A stretch of 50,873 nt of DNA from an uncultured Gammaproteobacteria bacterium (GCA_964372855.1 CAYJRY010000003.1:848-51720); one strand, 5' to 3'. Positions 41,807 to 50,873 are shown, numbered from the stretch's first letter. The notes: generated by a model from the sequence alone, not told the origin. Translations and numbers: made by a program.

Positions 41807-42208
41807 TTAATCAATCAGGTTTTTCTTTTTTAGATCAGCGAAAATGAGATAGTCTACTGGAGAAAGGGGTTCTTTTGTATTAGATGTAAAAAAATCAAAT
41901 TTTTCTATCTCATTATTTGGAGTTATTTTTCCATCAAGCTCAGCCATGTAACAAGTCATTCTTACTTGAACTCCTATTGGTTTTCCATGTGCTTGAGCTT
42001 TAAAGGCGCCATAATATTTTATTGTTTCTGGCAGAATTACAATATTAAGTTCTTCTTTTACTTCACGGATTAGAGTTTCTTCGTCTGTTTCTCCAGATTC
42101 TCTTTTTCCTCCTGGTAAATACCATGCATCTTTACCAATGCTGCGAGTAACAAGAATCTTTTTGTCTTTGATAAAAATAAACGCTATTTTATCTATAAAA
42201 TTATTCAT
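41807..42208 (-). CDS. NUDIX hydrolase
   Basis: Nudix box 'GGKRESGETDEETLIREVKEELN'. Confidence 0.85.
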   Translation of the reverse strand: MNNFIDKIAFIFIKDKKILVTRSIGKDAWYLPGGKRESGETDEETLIREVKEELNIVILPETIKYYGAFKAQAHGKPIGVQVRMTCYMAELDGKITPNNEIEKFDFFTSNTKEPLSPVDYLIFADLKKKNLID

Positions 42209-42210
42209 TG

Positions 42211-43629
42211 TTATATTCTTGGGAAAAGAGGTTTTTGGCTATTTATTTTTGGTTCCTTAAATTGCTCTTCGATTTTTTGAGAGGCTTCGGGGAGGAAAGG
42301 TTTGAGTTTATATGCAATAGAGATAATTTTATTTACAATTGGTTGCAAGAACTGTTTTAATTTATCTTTATTTGTAATAGTCCATGGCTTTGATTCATTA
42401 ATTTGTTGATCAAGTCTACGAATTTCACCCCAGATATTTTCCAGAGATTCGTTAAATTTAAAATTATCTAAGCCTTTTTTATATTCAGTCGATAATATTG
42501 GATTTTGTGGTTTTTCCAAGATTACTTTCTCGCATAGTTTAGCAACTCTTGCAACAAGATTACCCAACCCATTTGCCAAGTCGGCGTTATAAGTTTCTTT
42601 GAATTTCTCTTCTGAAAAATCACCATCAGAAAAAGGTGAAATTTTGGCAAGAAAATAGTATCTTATTGCATCTTCTCCGTATTTTTCAATTAAAGGAATT
42701 GGATCAAGCACATTTCCTAAAGTTTTTGACATTTTTTGACCATTAACAGTTATGTATTCATGTACAAATATTTTTTTAGGGAGTTTTAGATGGGCAGAAA
42801 GTAAAAATGCCGGCCAATAAATTGCATGAAACCTAAGAATTCCTTTTCCGATGACATGAAGGTCTGCTGGCCACCATTTATTATATTTTTTTTCATCTAG
42901 CCCAAAACCAACTCCTGATTGGTAAATATTTAATGCATCAAACCAAACATACATTCTTTGGGTTGAGTCATTAGGAACTGGTACTCCCCAATTTTTTGCC
43001 CGTTCATTTGAGCGGGATATACTTATGTCCTCAAGTGGTTGATTAAGAAATGCTAACATTTCATTTTTTCGATGAACTGGCACAATCTCTAACTCATTTG
43101 ACTTTAATAAATCTTGAAGCTGATTTTGATACTTAGAAAGTCTAAAAAAATAATTTTCTTCTTCAACCACTTCCAATTTTTTTCCAGGGTGTTCAAAACA
43201 CTCACCATTTTTATCCAACTCATGTGTTGTATAAAATAATTCACATCCAATGCAATATAGGCCTTTATATTTTTTCTTGTAAATATCGCCATTTTCCAAG
43301 CATAGTTCCCATAATTTCTGTGAAGAAAGATGATGTTTTGTATCGCTTCCTTTTTGCCAGACATTAAATTGGACATTTAGTTTTTTTGAAAGAACATAAA
43401 AGCTTTTTGTATTTTCATCAATAAATTCTTGAATCGGTCTTTTTGCTTTTATAGCTTCTTGGACATTTTTAATCGCGTTTTCATCGCCTCCGCAAAGAAG
43501 AAGAGTGTCATCTCCTAAGACTTTGTGATATCTTGTAATTGTATCTGACTGTACAAATTCCAATGCATGTCCAATATGAGGTTTTGCATTGACATATGGA
43601 ATAGCATTTGTTATAAAAAATTTAGGCAT
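42211..43629 (-). CDS. metG: Methionine--tRNA ligase (short form without a C-terminal tRNA-binding domain)
   Basis: 'PYVNAKPHIGHALE' (HIGH) and 'GQKMSKTLGN' (KMSKS). 472 aa. Confidence 0.95.
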   Translation of the reverse strand: MPKFFITNAIPYVNAKPHIGHALEFVQSDTITRYHKVLGDDTLLLCGGDENAIKNVQEAIKAKRPIQEFIDENTKSFYVLSKKLNVQFNVWQKGSDTKHHLSSQKLWELCLENGDIYKKKYKGLYCIGCELFYTTHELDKNGECFEHPGKKLEVVEEENYFFRLSKYQNQLQDLLKSNELEIVPVHRKNEMLAFLNQPLEDISISRSNERAKNWGVPVPNDSTQRMYVWFDALNIYQSGVGFGLDEKKYNKWWPADLHVIGKGILRFHAIYWPAFLLSAHLKLPKKIFVHEYITVNGQKMSKTLGNVLDPIPLIEKYGEDAIRYYFLAKISPFSDGDFSEEKFKETYNADLANGLGNLVARVAKLCEKVILEKPQNPILSTEYKKGLDNFKFNESLENIWGEIRRLDQQINESKPWTITNKDKLKQFLQPIVNKIISIAYKLKPFLPEASQKIEEQFKEPKINSQKPLFPRI

Positions 43630-43644
43630 GAGAACAATTATATC

Positions 43645-43965
43645 ATGGTGAAGACTTTTGGAAAAAGTATTTTGGTTTTCTTAGGAACATTAATTATTGG
43701 CTACCTCTCAATGCTATTGTCAATTCTTGTTACTGGTGTTTCATTTTTTGGCAGATATGCGATAGTCCCAGTAGAGTCAGCTCCATCTTTTCGCAATATT
43801 ATTTTTATTATACAGTTCATAATTGTCCTGCTTTTTGGTATAACTTTTATTAGATTTTTTCAGCATAAGTTTGGAGGTAGGATAGGAGTCTTTGTTGGTG
43901 GCGCACTTGCTTTAGCAATAATTACTATTATATTCCTTGGTTTAATGTCTTTTTCTGTTAATTAA
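43645..43965 (+). CDS. Small membrane protein, unknown function
   Basis: Three hydrophobic segments. The ATG at 43645 is preferred because the ORF-track start overlaps metG. Confidence 0.4.
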   Translation: MVKTFGKSILVFLGTLIIGYLSMLLSILVTGVSFFGRYAIVPVESAPSFRNIIFIIQFIIVLLFGITFIRFFQHKFGGRIGVFVGGALALAIITIIFLGLMSFSVN

Positions 43966-43967
43966 GT

Positions 43968-44309
43968 CTATCGACGCTTGGAGAAAAAAAGCTCAAGAGT
44001 GAAAAAAAGCGAGATTAAAAGGAATAAAAAGAAGATATTAGTTAGCTTATAGAAACGAAGAAGTGAATAGAGTGTTATAAATGTAGCTACAAAAGCTCCT
44101 CTTCTTATATTGTTAAATAAATATGAGAAGAAAGATATACCAAAAAGAAAAAGAAGTAGGAAAAAGACCACTAGAATATGAAATTTGATCTGTCGATACG
44201 GCAGGTGAAATTCAAAAGAGGGCGGGAAGGATAAGATCAGATAAATAAGTGAAGCTAGTGACAAGAAGCTCGTGACTAAGAGCCAAATAGATTTTTTCTT
44301 ACGGCGCAT
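43968..44309 (-). CDS. Small membrane protein, unknown function
   Basis: Basic N-terminus (MRRKKKS) followed by three to four hydrophobic segments. Confidence 0.4.
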   Translation of the reverse strand: MRRKKKSIWLLVTSFLSLASLIYLILSFPPSFEFHLPYRQIKFHILVVFFLLLFLFGISFFSYLFNNIRRGAFVATFITLYSLLRFYKLTNIFFLFLLISLFFTLELFFSKRR

Positions 44310-44452
44310 ATTTTAAGTTTAACATAATATTATTTCCTTCTTGCCTGATCCCGCTACTTCGCTTACTTGTTCTTATGATTTACATCCAATGCGTCGTAAG
44401 AGTGCGCATGCGGGATTTGAGGAGTAAAGTGAGTAAAGCTCTACTTTACCCC

Positions 44453-44490
44453 TTGACAATAATTAGCACTCGTGTTATATTAATTGCTAA
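44453..44490 (+). promoter_or_regulatory. Sigma70-type promoter overlapping a CIRCE-like HrcA operator
   Basis: TTGACA (44453-58), a 17-nt spacer, then TATATT (44476-81). TTAGCACTC (44463-71), N10, then AATTGCTAA (44482-90) compares with the CIRCE consensus TTAGCACTC-N9-GAGTGCTAA: the left arm is perfect, the right arm matches 7 of 9, and the spacer is 10 rather than 9. Confidence 0.65.
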
Positions 44491-44504
44491 TTTTCATTCT
44501 CACT

Positions 44505-44531
44505 GTCATTCTGAACAAAGTGAAGAATCTC
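44505..44531. repeat. Solo arm of the GTCAT-type repeat in the hrcA 5' leader
   Basis: gtcattctgaacaaagtgaagaatctc. No complementary arm was seen before the hrcA ATG at 44553. Confidence 0.5.
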
Positions 44532-44552
44532 AAGATGATATGGTGAAATATT

Positions 44553-45281
44553 ATGAATGATTTAACACAAAGACAAGTGGAAATTTTAAGATCCCTTATT
44601 GAAGAGTATATTGCAACAGCTGAGCCTGTTGGATCAGAAACACTTGAGAAAAAATACAGCTTATCCTCATCCCCTGCTACTATTCGTAATGAAATGGTGG
44701 CTCTAACAAAAAAAGGCTATCTTCGAAAAACACATACTTCTTCAGGGCGAGCTCCAACACCAACGGGAATGAAGTTTTATGTAAAAACTCTTATGAAAGA
44801 AAAAGATCTTTCTGTAACTGAAGAAACAGCTGTAAAAGAAAGTTTGTGGGATTTTAGAAATAAAGAAGTAAAATTTTTACGAGAGACCGCTAAATCATTG
44901 GCCAATAAAACCAAAGCATTAGCGGTAATATCTACAATGGATGGGAATGTATATTGCTCAGGCTATGCAAATATATTGGATATGCCTGAGTTTTTTGATA
45001 TAGATGTAACAAAAAATTTACTCTCCTCTCTTGATGAATTTGAGAATTGCAGAAAATTTTTTGAGAATATTGAGGCAAATGATGTACAAGTACTTTTGGG
45101 TGATGAATTAGGCCCAACTCTTAGAGGCCCATACGGATTTGTTTTTACTCGCTATCAAACTCCCATGAAGCTAACAGGTGAGGTAGGAGTTTTGGGGCCA
45201 AGCCGTCTTAATTACACTCAAATTGTCCCTACAGTTAGATATTTTGGAGATTTGATAGAAGAAATTGCTTCGGGATGGTAA
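44553..45281 (+). CDS. hrcA: Heat-inducible transcription repressor HrcA (short, 242 aa)
   Basis: 'LTQRQVEILRSLIEEYIATAEPVGSETLEKKY..SPATIRNEMVALTKKGYL.K.HTSSGRAPT..G' is the HrcA wHTH signature. It sits at the head of grpE-dnaK-dnaJ. Confidence 0.85.
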   Translation: MNDLTQRQVEILRSLIEEYIATAEPVGSETLEKKYSLSSSPATIRNEMVALTKKGYLRKTHTSSGRAPTPTGMKFYVKTLMKEKDLSVTEETAVKESLWDFRNKEVKFLRETAKSLANKTKALAVISTMDGNVYCSGYANILDMPEFFDIDVTKNLLSSLDEFENCRKFFENIEANDVQVLLGDELGPTLRGPYGFVFTRYQTPMKLTGEVGVLGPSRLNYTQIVPTVRYFGDLIEEIASGW

Positions 45282-45324
45282 AAGTAGTATTAAATATTAA
45301 AAATAAAATACAAAAATAACAAAT

Positions 45325-45888
45325 ATGGATAAAAACGATACAAAAAGCAAAAACAAGGATTCTATAAAGCAGAATGAAGACAATGGTGATCGTAAGGCTG
45401 AAAAAGAAAATAGCGAACTTTTAAAACGAAGAATAGAAGAATTAGAGAATCAGAATAAGCGGTTATTGGCAGATTATAGAAATTTAGAAAAAAGAGTTGA
45501 GACGGAGAGAAGAGATTGGATATTAAAAGCCAACAAACAGCTTATATTGCATCTTTTACCAGTTTTATATACACTAATATTTGCGGCTAAAACTAGTAAA
45601 GATGAAGGAATAAAATTAGCCGTAAAACAATTTGAAGATATTTTAACTCAGGAAGGTCTTGAAAAGATTGAAACAAAAGGAAAACAGTTCGATCCAAGAT
45701 TAATGAGGGCGATCGATACCAAGAATGGTCGTGAAGGAGAAGTTCTAGAAGAAGTATATCCAGGTTATATACACAGGGTTGACAAATCCTTATTAAAAGA
45801 AGCAGATGTAATAGTTGGGAAAGAAAAAATAGAGAATGAAGTAGAAGAGAAAGCTAAAAAAGAATTGCAAAAAGGAGACTATATGTGA
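45325..45888 (+). CDS. grpE: Nucleotide exchange factor GrpE
   Basis: Coiled-coil 'LLADYRNLEKRVETER' and 'FDPRLMRAI...PGY' in the C-terminal beta-domain. Confidence 0.9.
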   Translation: MDKNDTKSKNKDSIKQNEDNGDRKAEKENSELLKRRIEELENQNKRLLADYRNLEKRVETERRDWILKANKQLILHLLPVLYTLIFAAKTSKDEGIKLAVKQFEDILTQEGLEKIETKGKQFDPRLMRAIDTKNGREGEVLEEVYPGYIHRVDKSLLKEADVIVGKEKIENEVEEKAKKELQKGDYM

Positions 45889-45895
45889 CATGATA

Positions 45896-45967
45896 ATGTC
45901 ATCCTGAACGAAGTCGAAGGATCCCATGAATAAATAAAAAGATTCTTCGTTGCACTCAGAATGACAT
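45896..45967. repeat. GTCAT-type hairpin element in the grpE-dnaK spacer
   Basis: atgtcatcctgaacgaagtcgaaggatc...gattcttcgttgcactcagaatgacat. The termini atgtcat/atgacat are perfectly complementary. Same family as 12385-12450. Confidence 0.8.
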
Positions 45968-45981
45968 AAGAATAGGAATAT

Positions 45982-47913
45982 ATGGGAAAAATTATTGGAA
46001 TAGATTTAGGTACTACCAATTCATGCGTTGCGGTAATGGAGGGTGGAGCTCCCAAAGTCATCCATTCACTAGAGGGAAGGAATGTAATTCCTTCAGTTGT
46101 TGATCCTATAAGCCATATAGTTGGTGACGTTGCAAAACGCCAGTTAGTTCTAAAGCCTAAGCGAACAATTTTCTCTATAAAGCGATTGATGGGTCGTAAG
46201 CTTACTGATCCGTCGGTTCAGTTTGACATGAAATGGCTTCCTTATACGATCAAATCAGGCCGCGATGGAATGGCAGTTGTTGAGGTTGAAGGAAGAACAT
46301 TTACTCCACAGGAGATTTCAGCAATGATTCTTCAGAAAATAAAAGGCGATGCTGAGAGTTATTTGGGCGGAAAAGTTACACAAGCAGTCATTACAGTTCC
46401 TGCGTATTTTGACGATTCTCAGCGTCAAGCTACCAAACAAGCTGGGGAAATTGCAGGACTTGAGGTTTTAAGAATTATTAATGAGCCCACAGCATCAGCT
46501 TTAGCTTATGGACTTGACAAGAAAAATGCCCATACAGTTGCTATATATGATTTGGGTGGAGGAACTTTTGATATCTCTGTTCTTGAGTTAGGTGAAGGAG
46601 TATACGAGGTAAAATCAACAAATGGAGATACACATTTAGGCGGAGATGACTTTGATCAGGTAATTATAAATCATATTGCAGAAGAGTTCAAAAAGCAAAA
46701 TGGTATCGACCTAAGAAAAGACCCTCAAGCTTTACAAAGACTTCGAGAATCTGCGGAAAAAGCAAAAATTGAATTGTCAAGTTCTCAGCAAGCAGAAATC
46801 AATCAGCCATTTATAACTCAAGGAAAAGAAGGTCCTCTACATCTTACAATGACTTTAACTCGTGCCAACCTTGAGAAATTAGTGGATCAGCTTATTCAAA
46901 AAACACTTAAACCAGTTGAGCAAGCATTAAAAGATGCGAAAATAACAGCGTCAGACATTGATGAGGTCGTATTGGTTGGCGGAATGACTAGAATGCCAAA
47001 GGTGATTGAGGTTGTTTCAAAGTTTTTTGGCAAAGAACCCAATAAATCAGTTAATCCAGATGAGGTTGTCGCAGTTGGCGCAGCAGTCCAAGCAGGCGTA
47101 TTAGGAGGAGAGGTAAAAGACGTGTTGCTATTGGATGTGACTCCTTTGACTTTGGGAATTGAAACATTAGGCGGAGTTTCAACACCTTTAATTTCTAAAA
47201 ACACAACAATCCCAACTTCTAAATCTCAAGTATTCTCAACTGCGGGAGATAACCAAACCCAAGTTGAGATAAATGTTTTGCAAGGTGAGCGTCCAATGGC
47301 AATTGATAACAAAAGCCTAGGAAGGTTCATATTAAGTGGTATTCCGCCAGCGCCACGTGGTATTCCTCAAATTGAAGTAACTTTTGATATTGACGCAAAT
47401 GGGATTTTAAATGTGAAAGCAAAAGATAAAGCAACTGGGAAAGAACAAAGCATCAAGATTACTGGTTCAACAGGTCTTTCTAAAGATGAAGTTGAAAGAA
47501 TGACCAAAGAGGCAGAAGCTCATGCCGCTGAGGATCAACAGAAGAAAGAAAAAATTGAAGCAAGAAATGCAGCAGATTCATTAATTTTTACCGCAGAAAA
47601 ATCAATTAAAGATGCGGGAGATAAGATTGACATAGGTGCTAAGAAAGAAGTTGAGGAAAAGATTTCTTCTCTCAAATCCATTCTTGATAGTGGTACAAAA
47701 GAAGATTTAGAGGCAAAGACAAAAGATCTGTCAGATAGTCTTCAAAAAATTGGTCAGGCAATGTATGGCTCATCGCAACAGACAACTCCCAACAACCAAC
47801 AAACAACAGGAGATAGTCAACAAGGCCCGGGAACTGGTGAACAAAAAACTGAAGGAAAGGGAGAAAAGAAAAAAGACAAAGACGAGCCGATTGAGGGCGA
47901 AGTAGTGAACTAA
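45982..47913 (+). CDS. dnaK: Molecular chaperone DnaK (Hsp70)
   Basis: '[13 protein letters not shown]', 'DLGGGTFD' and '[10 protein letters not shown]'. 643 aa. Confidence 0.97.
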   Translation: MGKIIGIDLGTTNSCVAVMEGGAPKVIHSLEGRNVIPSVVDPISHIVGDVAKRQLVLKPKRTIFSIKRLMGRKLTDPSVQFDMKWLPYTIKSGRDGMAVVEVEGRTFTPQEISAMILQKIKGDAESYLGGKVTQAVITVPAYFDDSQRQATKQAGEIAGLEVLRIINEPTASALAYGLDKKNAHTVAIYDLGGGTFDISVLELGEGVYEVKSTNGDTHLGGDDFDQVIINHIAEEFKKQNGIDLRKDPQALQRLRESAEKAKIELSSSQQAEINQPFITQGKEGPLHLTMTLTRANLEKLVDQLIQKTLKPVEQALKDAKITASDIDEVVLVGGMTRMPKVIEVVSKFFGKEPNKSVNPDEVVAVGAAVQAGVLGGEVKDVLLLDVTPLTLGIETLGGVSTPLISKNTTIPTSKSQVFSTAGDNQTQVEINVLQGERPMAIDNKSLGRFILSGIPPAPRGIPQIEVTFDIDANGILNVKAKDKATGKEQSIKITGSTGLSKDEVERMTKEAEAHAAEDQQKKEKIEARNAADSLIFTAEKSIKDAGDKIDIGAKKEVEEKISSLKSILDSGTKEDLEAKTKDLSDSLQKIGQAMYGSSQQTTPNNQQTTGDSQQGPGTGEQKTEGKGEKKKDKDEPIEGEVVN

Positions 47914-47918
47914 ATTAA

Positions 47919-47939
47919 ATATCAAAAATCAAATATCAA
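47919..47939. repeat. ATATCAA-type heptamer array 6 nt after the dnaK stop
   Basis: atatcaa|aaatcaa|atatcaa, identical to lepA nt 26432-26452. Confidence 0.85.
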
Positions 47940-47943
47940 AATG

Positions 47944-47971
47944 ACCCCGCGGAGTTTTAACGAAGTGGGGT
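47944..47971 (+). terminator. Hairpin after dnaK (weak terminator or attenuator)
   Basis: accccgc-N14-gtggggt is a 7-bp stem with one G.T pair, followed by a short T-rich run (atttagt). A TATAAT at 47976-47981 lies 9 nt upstream of the dnaJ ATG (47991). Confidence 0.4.
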
Positions 47972-47990
47972 ATTTAGTATAATATGAATT

Positions 47991-48887
47991 ATGGAAAATA
48001 AAGACTACTATCAAATTTTAGGGGTTTCAAAAACTGCTTCTGTAGATGAGATAAAAAGAGCTTATAGAAAGCTAGCTCTTCAATATCATCCGGATCGAAA
48101 CAAATCGAAAGAAGCTGAGGGTAAGTTTAAAGAGGTGACAAAAGCTTATGAAGTTTTGTCTGATCCTCAAAAAAGACAGGCTTATGACCAGTTTGGCCAT
48201 GCTGCTTTCGAGCAAGGTCAAGGACCATTTGGTGCGGGTGGACCTTTTGGAGGATTTGGAGGGACAAGAACAGGACGATACGGTCCATTTACCTATACAT
48301 ACTCAACTTCCGGAGGAGAGGGGGGATTTGATTTCGGCGGGTTTTCTGATCCATTTGAAATTTTTGAGCAGTTTTTTGGTGGAGCCTCCCCATTTGGTAC
48401 TCGTCAGAGACGGCCTACTTATTCTCTAGGTATTGATTTTATGGAGGCTGTTCATGGAGCAACAAAAACTGTCACAATCGATGGTAAGCGTCAAACTATA
48501 AAAATTCCAGCCGGTGTTGATGATGGATCAAGAATTCGTTTTGGAGAATATGATGTTGTTCTTGAAGTAACTGCCGACAGAAGATTTCGCCGAGAAGGGG
48601 TAGATATAGTAACAGAGCAAGAGATTTCTTTTTCTCAAGCAGCACTGGGGGATGAGGTGAATGTTGAGACAATTGATGGTGAAGTAAAAGTTCGGATTCC
48701 ATCTGGAACGCAACCAGATAGTCTAATAAGACTTAGGCAAAAAGGAGTGCCCCATATTCATGGCAGCGGACGGGGAGATCATTATGTGCGGATAAAAGTC
48801 GTCGTCCCAAAACACCTCACCCGCCGCCAGAAAGATTTACTCAGAGAGTTTCAAGAAGAAGGCTCGTCAAGAAAAGGATGGTTTTAG
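47991..48887 (+). CDS. dnaJ: J-domain co-chaperone, DnaJ/CbpA type without the zinc-finger domain
   Basis: 'DYYQILGV...[13 protein letters not shown]' (HPD) and a G/F-rich region, then the C-terminal substrate-binding domains. No CxxCxGxG repeats are present. Confidence 0.85.
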   Translation: MENKDYYQILGVSKTASVDEIKRAYRKLALQYHPDRNKSKEAEGKFKEVTKAYEVLSDPQKRQAYDQFGHAAFEQGQGPFGAGGPFGGFGGTRTGRYGPFTYTYSTSGGEGGFDFGGFSDPFEIFEQFFGGASPFGTRQRRPTYSLGIDFMEAVHGATKTVTIDGKRQTIKIPAGVDDGSRIRFGEYDVVLEVTADRRFRREGVDIVTEQEISFSQAALGDEVNVETIDGEVKVRIPSGTQPDSLIRLRQKGVPHIHGSGRGDHYVRIKVVVPKHLTRRQKDLLREFQEEGSSRKGWF

Positions 48888-48905
48888 CGTGCTATAATAA
48901 ATATT

Positions 48906-49355
48906 ATGAATAATGATTTAGAAGAGTTTTTAAGTCGTTTGTCAAAACGTAGAGAGTTGGAGAGAGAGTCTCCTATAACAAAAGAAGTAAGAGAGTTAAT
49001 GGATGAGATCAATAAAGAGACTTTGCGGGGAAAAGGTAATTTTGTTGTTGTTCAGGATGTGGGAGGTTATCCTGGAGAAGTTACTTTTCAGCTTTCTTGG
49101 GAAGGAGCTATCACAAAGAGACAAAAACAAAAAGTTGGTCCTTTAAAACTTGAAGTTGACCCGTTTCATCTAAATATTCGACCATTTAAAGATGAAGAGA
49201 GCGGGTCCTCTCGCTTCAAAGTTACTGCTAAATATGAAGGTGGCATAGACGATCCAGATATTGAATTAGGTATGACTACAAAACTGGATATAGGGGAATT
49301 AAAAACTTTAGTGCAAGGACAAATGGATAACATAAGACAATCTTCGCAATCTTAA
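48906..49355 (+). CDS. Hypothetical soluble protein at the 3' end of the heat-shock operon
   Basis: 149-aa charged protein with no recognisable motif, 18 nt downstream of dnaJ. Confidence 0.4.
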   Translation: MNNDLEEFLSRLSKRRELERESPITKEVRELMDEINKETLRGKGNFVVVQDVGGYPGEVTFQLSWEGAITKRQKQKVGPLKLEVDPFHLNIRPFKDEESGSSRFKVTAKYEGGIDDPDIELGMTTKLDIGELKTLVQGQMDNIRQSSQS

Positions 49356-49502
49356 TAATTAATAACTTCCTTAATTTGTTCGAATATGCGGAACATTGAC
49401 GAAATTAACCGATCGGCATAAATTGTCAATATAAACCAGAAGCTAGTTGACAAATAACGCTGTGTATTTGTAATTTAACGCCAAAGTTTCTATACTAAAT
49501 TC

Positions 49503-49817
49503 ATGCTGCCTGTGAGGTTTTTGAGATTTTGGTATTTTGAGGTTCCTAAAGGATTAATAGCGTATTTTGTCTCACTTGATAACGCCTTTTTGCACCTTTT
49601 CTCTCTCCCTCTTTTAATAAAAACTTATTTTAAACCCTGGAAAAATGAATATCGAGAAGGGTTGATTGGATTCTCAATTGGGATGGGAATTTTTATCAAA
49701 ACATGGTTTATTTTGGTTGGTATCTTGTTATTTGTCTTTCTTTTGCTAATACAGGCGATAATTTTTATAACTTTTATAATTTGGCCAATAATAACTATAA
49801 AACTTTTCTTTTTCTAA
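49503..49817 (+). CDS. Small membrane protein preceding the Clp-like ATPase
   Basis: Two to three hydrophobic segments, 6 nt upstream of the next ORF. Confidence 0.4.
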   Translation: MLPVRFLRFWYFEVPKGLIAYFVSLDNAFLHLFSLPLLIKTYFKPWKNEYREGLIGFSIGMGIFIKTWFILVGILLFVFLLLIQAIIFITFIIWPIITIKLFFF

Positions 49818-49823
49818 GACCAT

Positions 49824-50873
49824 ATGTTTGATTTTGCAAGAATCTTTCATTTTTATAATCTTTTATTAGTAAAGGTTATTAGAATATTTGCCTTTATATT
49901 TTTGTCATGGGTTATTATTATTCAAGCCTTAACTTCGCCCACATTTACAATAAATCAAAATCCCTTTTTATTTTTCCTATCAATTCTTATAATGTTTGAG
50001 GTTTTTTTCCGCTTCAAAATCGCCAGGATGAGACCTTCTGTTTTTGTAAAAGATAATGATAGAAAAAATATTTATAATTCTTTCACGATAGAGGCTTTGA
50101 GTATATTTATTTCATCCAAAAGTTCGAATGATATAGTAAATAGTCTCTTAAATAAACCTCAGATTAGATTTATTTTACAAAAGTCAGATTTAGTGGTGTC
50201 AGATATTAAACTTTTGAAGATTCCAAAAGAATCAATGGCTACGTATGCATTTGAAACTGCAAAAAAATTAAGCGGTAAATTTGTCACAACAATGGATTTA
50301 TTTGTATCTTATCTTCTGATGACTGAATATCAAACAAACGTGCTATTTAATAAGAAATTAAAAAAAGAAGAATTTTTAGACATTCTATTTTGGGCAAGAA
50401 ATTCCTATATGGAGGAAGAGATAGTTAGGCCAATAAGATTTGAATTCTGGGGCGAAGGAATTGGAGAATCATGGGTTTATGGGTGGACTGTTGAAACACA
50501 AAAATATATGGTTGATATTACTTCAGATGCATTAAACAAAAAGCCTCTACTTGTTGGTAGGGAGAAAGAATACAGACAGGTTTTGGAGGCAATGAGTGCT
50601 AAAAAATCAGTAGTTTTAGTAGGTGAGGCAGGAAGTGGCAGAAATACACTTGTTGAGTCTCTGGCATATGAAAGTTTTATGGGAAATCTGAAGGGTAATT
50701 TGTATCACAAGAGATTTCATCAACTTTTAGTTGATGTGCTTCTTGCAGGTACGCAAAATCAAGGGGAACTTGAAGAGCGCTTAGATGCAGTAATAGCAGA
50801 GATTGCACATTCAATAAATATTATTATTTATATTCCGAATTTTGAAAGTATTATGGGAGCCAGTTCATTCAAT
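49824..50873 (+). CDS. Membrane-anchored Clp/Hsp100-like AAA+ protein, N-terminal 350 aa (3' end off-window)
   Basis: I translated this myself; the frame is open from the ATG at 49824 to the window end. Two N-terminal TM segments and Clp_N-like repeats are followed by 'LLVGREKEYRQVLEAMSAKKSVVLVGEAGSGRNTLVESLA', colinear with ClpB/ClpC 'LIGR..E......L.R..KNNP.L.GEPGVGKTAIVEGLA'. Confidence 0.7.
   Translation, partial: MFDFARIFHFYNLLLVKVIRIFAFIFLSWVIIIQALTSPTFTINQNPFLFFLSILIMFEVFFRFKIARMRPSVFVKDNDRKNIYNSFTIEALSIFISSKSSNDIVNSLLNKPQIRFILQKSDLVVSDIKLLKIPKESMATYAFETAKKLSGKFVTTMDLFVSYLLMTEYQTNVLFNKKLKKEEFLDILFWARNSYMEEEIVRPIRFEFWGEGIGESWVYGWTVETQKYMVDITSDALNKKPLLVGREKEYRQVLEAMSAKKSVVLVGEAGSGRNTLVESLAYESFMGNLKGNLYHKRFHQLLVDVLLAGTQNQGELEERLDAVIAEIAHSINIIIYIPNFESIMGASSFN

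Noticed and set aside
44340-44440. A possible tRNA or structured RNA, suggested by atcccgc / gcgggat and tacttcgcttactt / agtaaagtgagtaaag complementarity.
   Set aside because: The order of the complementary blocks (A B ... A' B') does not give a simple hairpin or a cloverleaf. No T-arm, anticodon arm or acceptor stem could be built by eye. This should be scanned with tRNAscan or Infernal before being dismissed completely.
44375-44560. 61-aa ORF upstream of hrcA.
   Set aside because: It spans the predicted promoter, the CIRCE-like operator and a GTCAT repeat arm. Its peptide (…HSHCHSEQSEESQ…) is the usual translation artefact of that repeat.

Overview
AT-rich, very gene-dense bacterial window (sampled 60-nt lines are about 33% GC). 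There are 47 supported CDSs and no rRNA, tRNA, CRISPR, transposase, integrase or phage genes. Several traits resemble a reduced Patescibacteria/CPR (Microgenomates-like) genome, though that placement is inference only: a short HrcA, a zinc-finger-less DnaJ, a short MetRS, many GT-C membrane glycosyltransferases and a DUF2298 'YYY' protein. Housekeeping genes are a UvrD/PcrA helicase, tpiA, rpsT, murJ, lepA, groES-groEL, tatD, metG and hrcA-grpE-dnaK-dnaJ. The hrcA operon has a sigma70-like promoter overlapping a CIRCE-like operator. Envelope and surface content:
- Two glycan clusters, together holding five GT-C enzymes, DUF2298, a GT2 with a QxxRW motif, an MraY/WecA-like GT4, a UbiA-type DPPR-synthase-like prenyltransferase, an SDR epimerase, an FAD oxidoreductase and a HAD-like protein.
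- An LCP ligase and a FemAB-like transferase.
- A PilN/PilO-like pair followed by a surface protein.
- Three large secreted multidomain proteins: S8-LamG-CARDB, S26-like-Ig-SdrD-like, and LRR plus four beta-sandwich repeats.
- A Ni-superoxide dismutase with its maturation protease (sodN-sodX).
The most unusual signal is not a gene. Short arrays with a strict 7-nt period occur at 15 or more loci, often as two arrays side by side. They fill intergenic spacers and sit directly after the groEL and dnaK stop codons. They also lie in frame inside six genes, including tpiA and lepA, with near-identical copies shared between unrelated genes. A second repeat family, a GTCATYCTGA...GAAGRATC hairpin, likewise occurs both intergenically and in frame.
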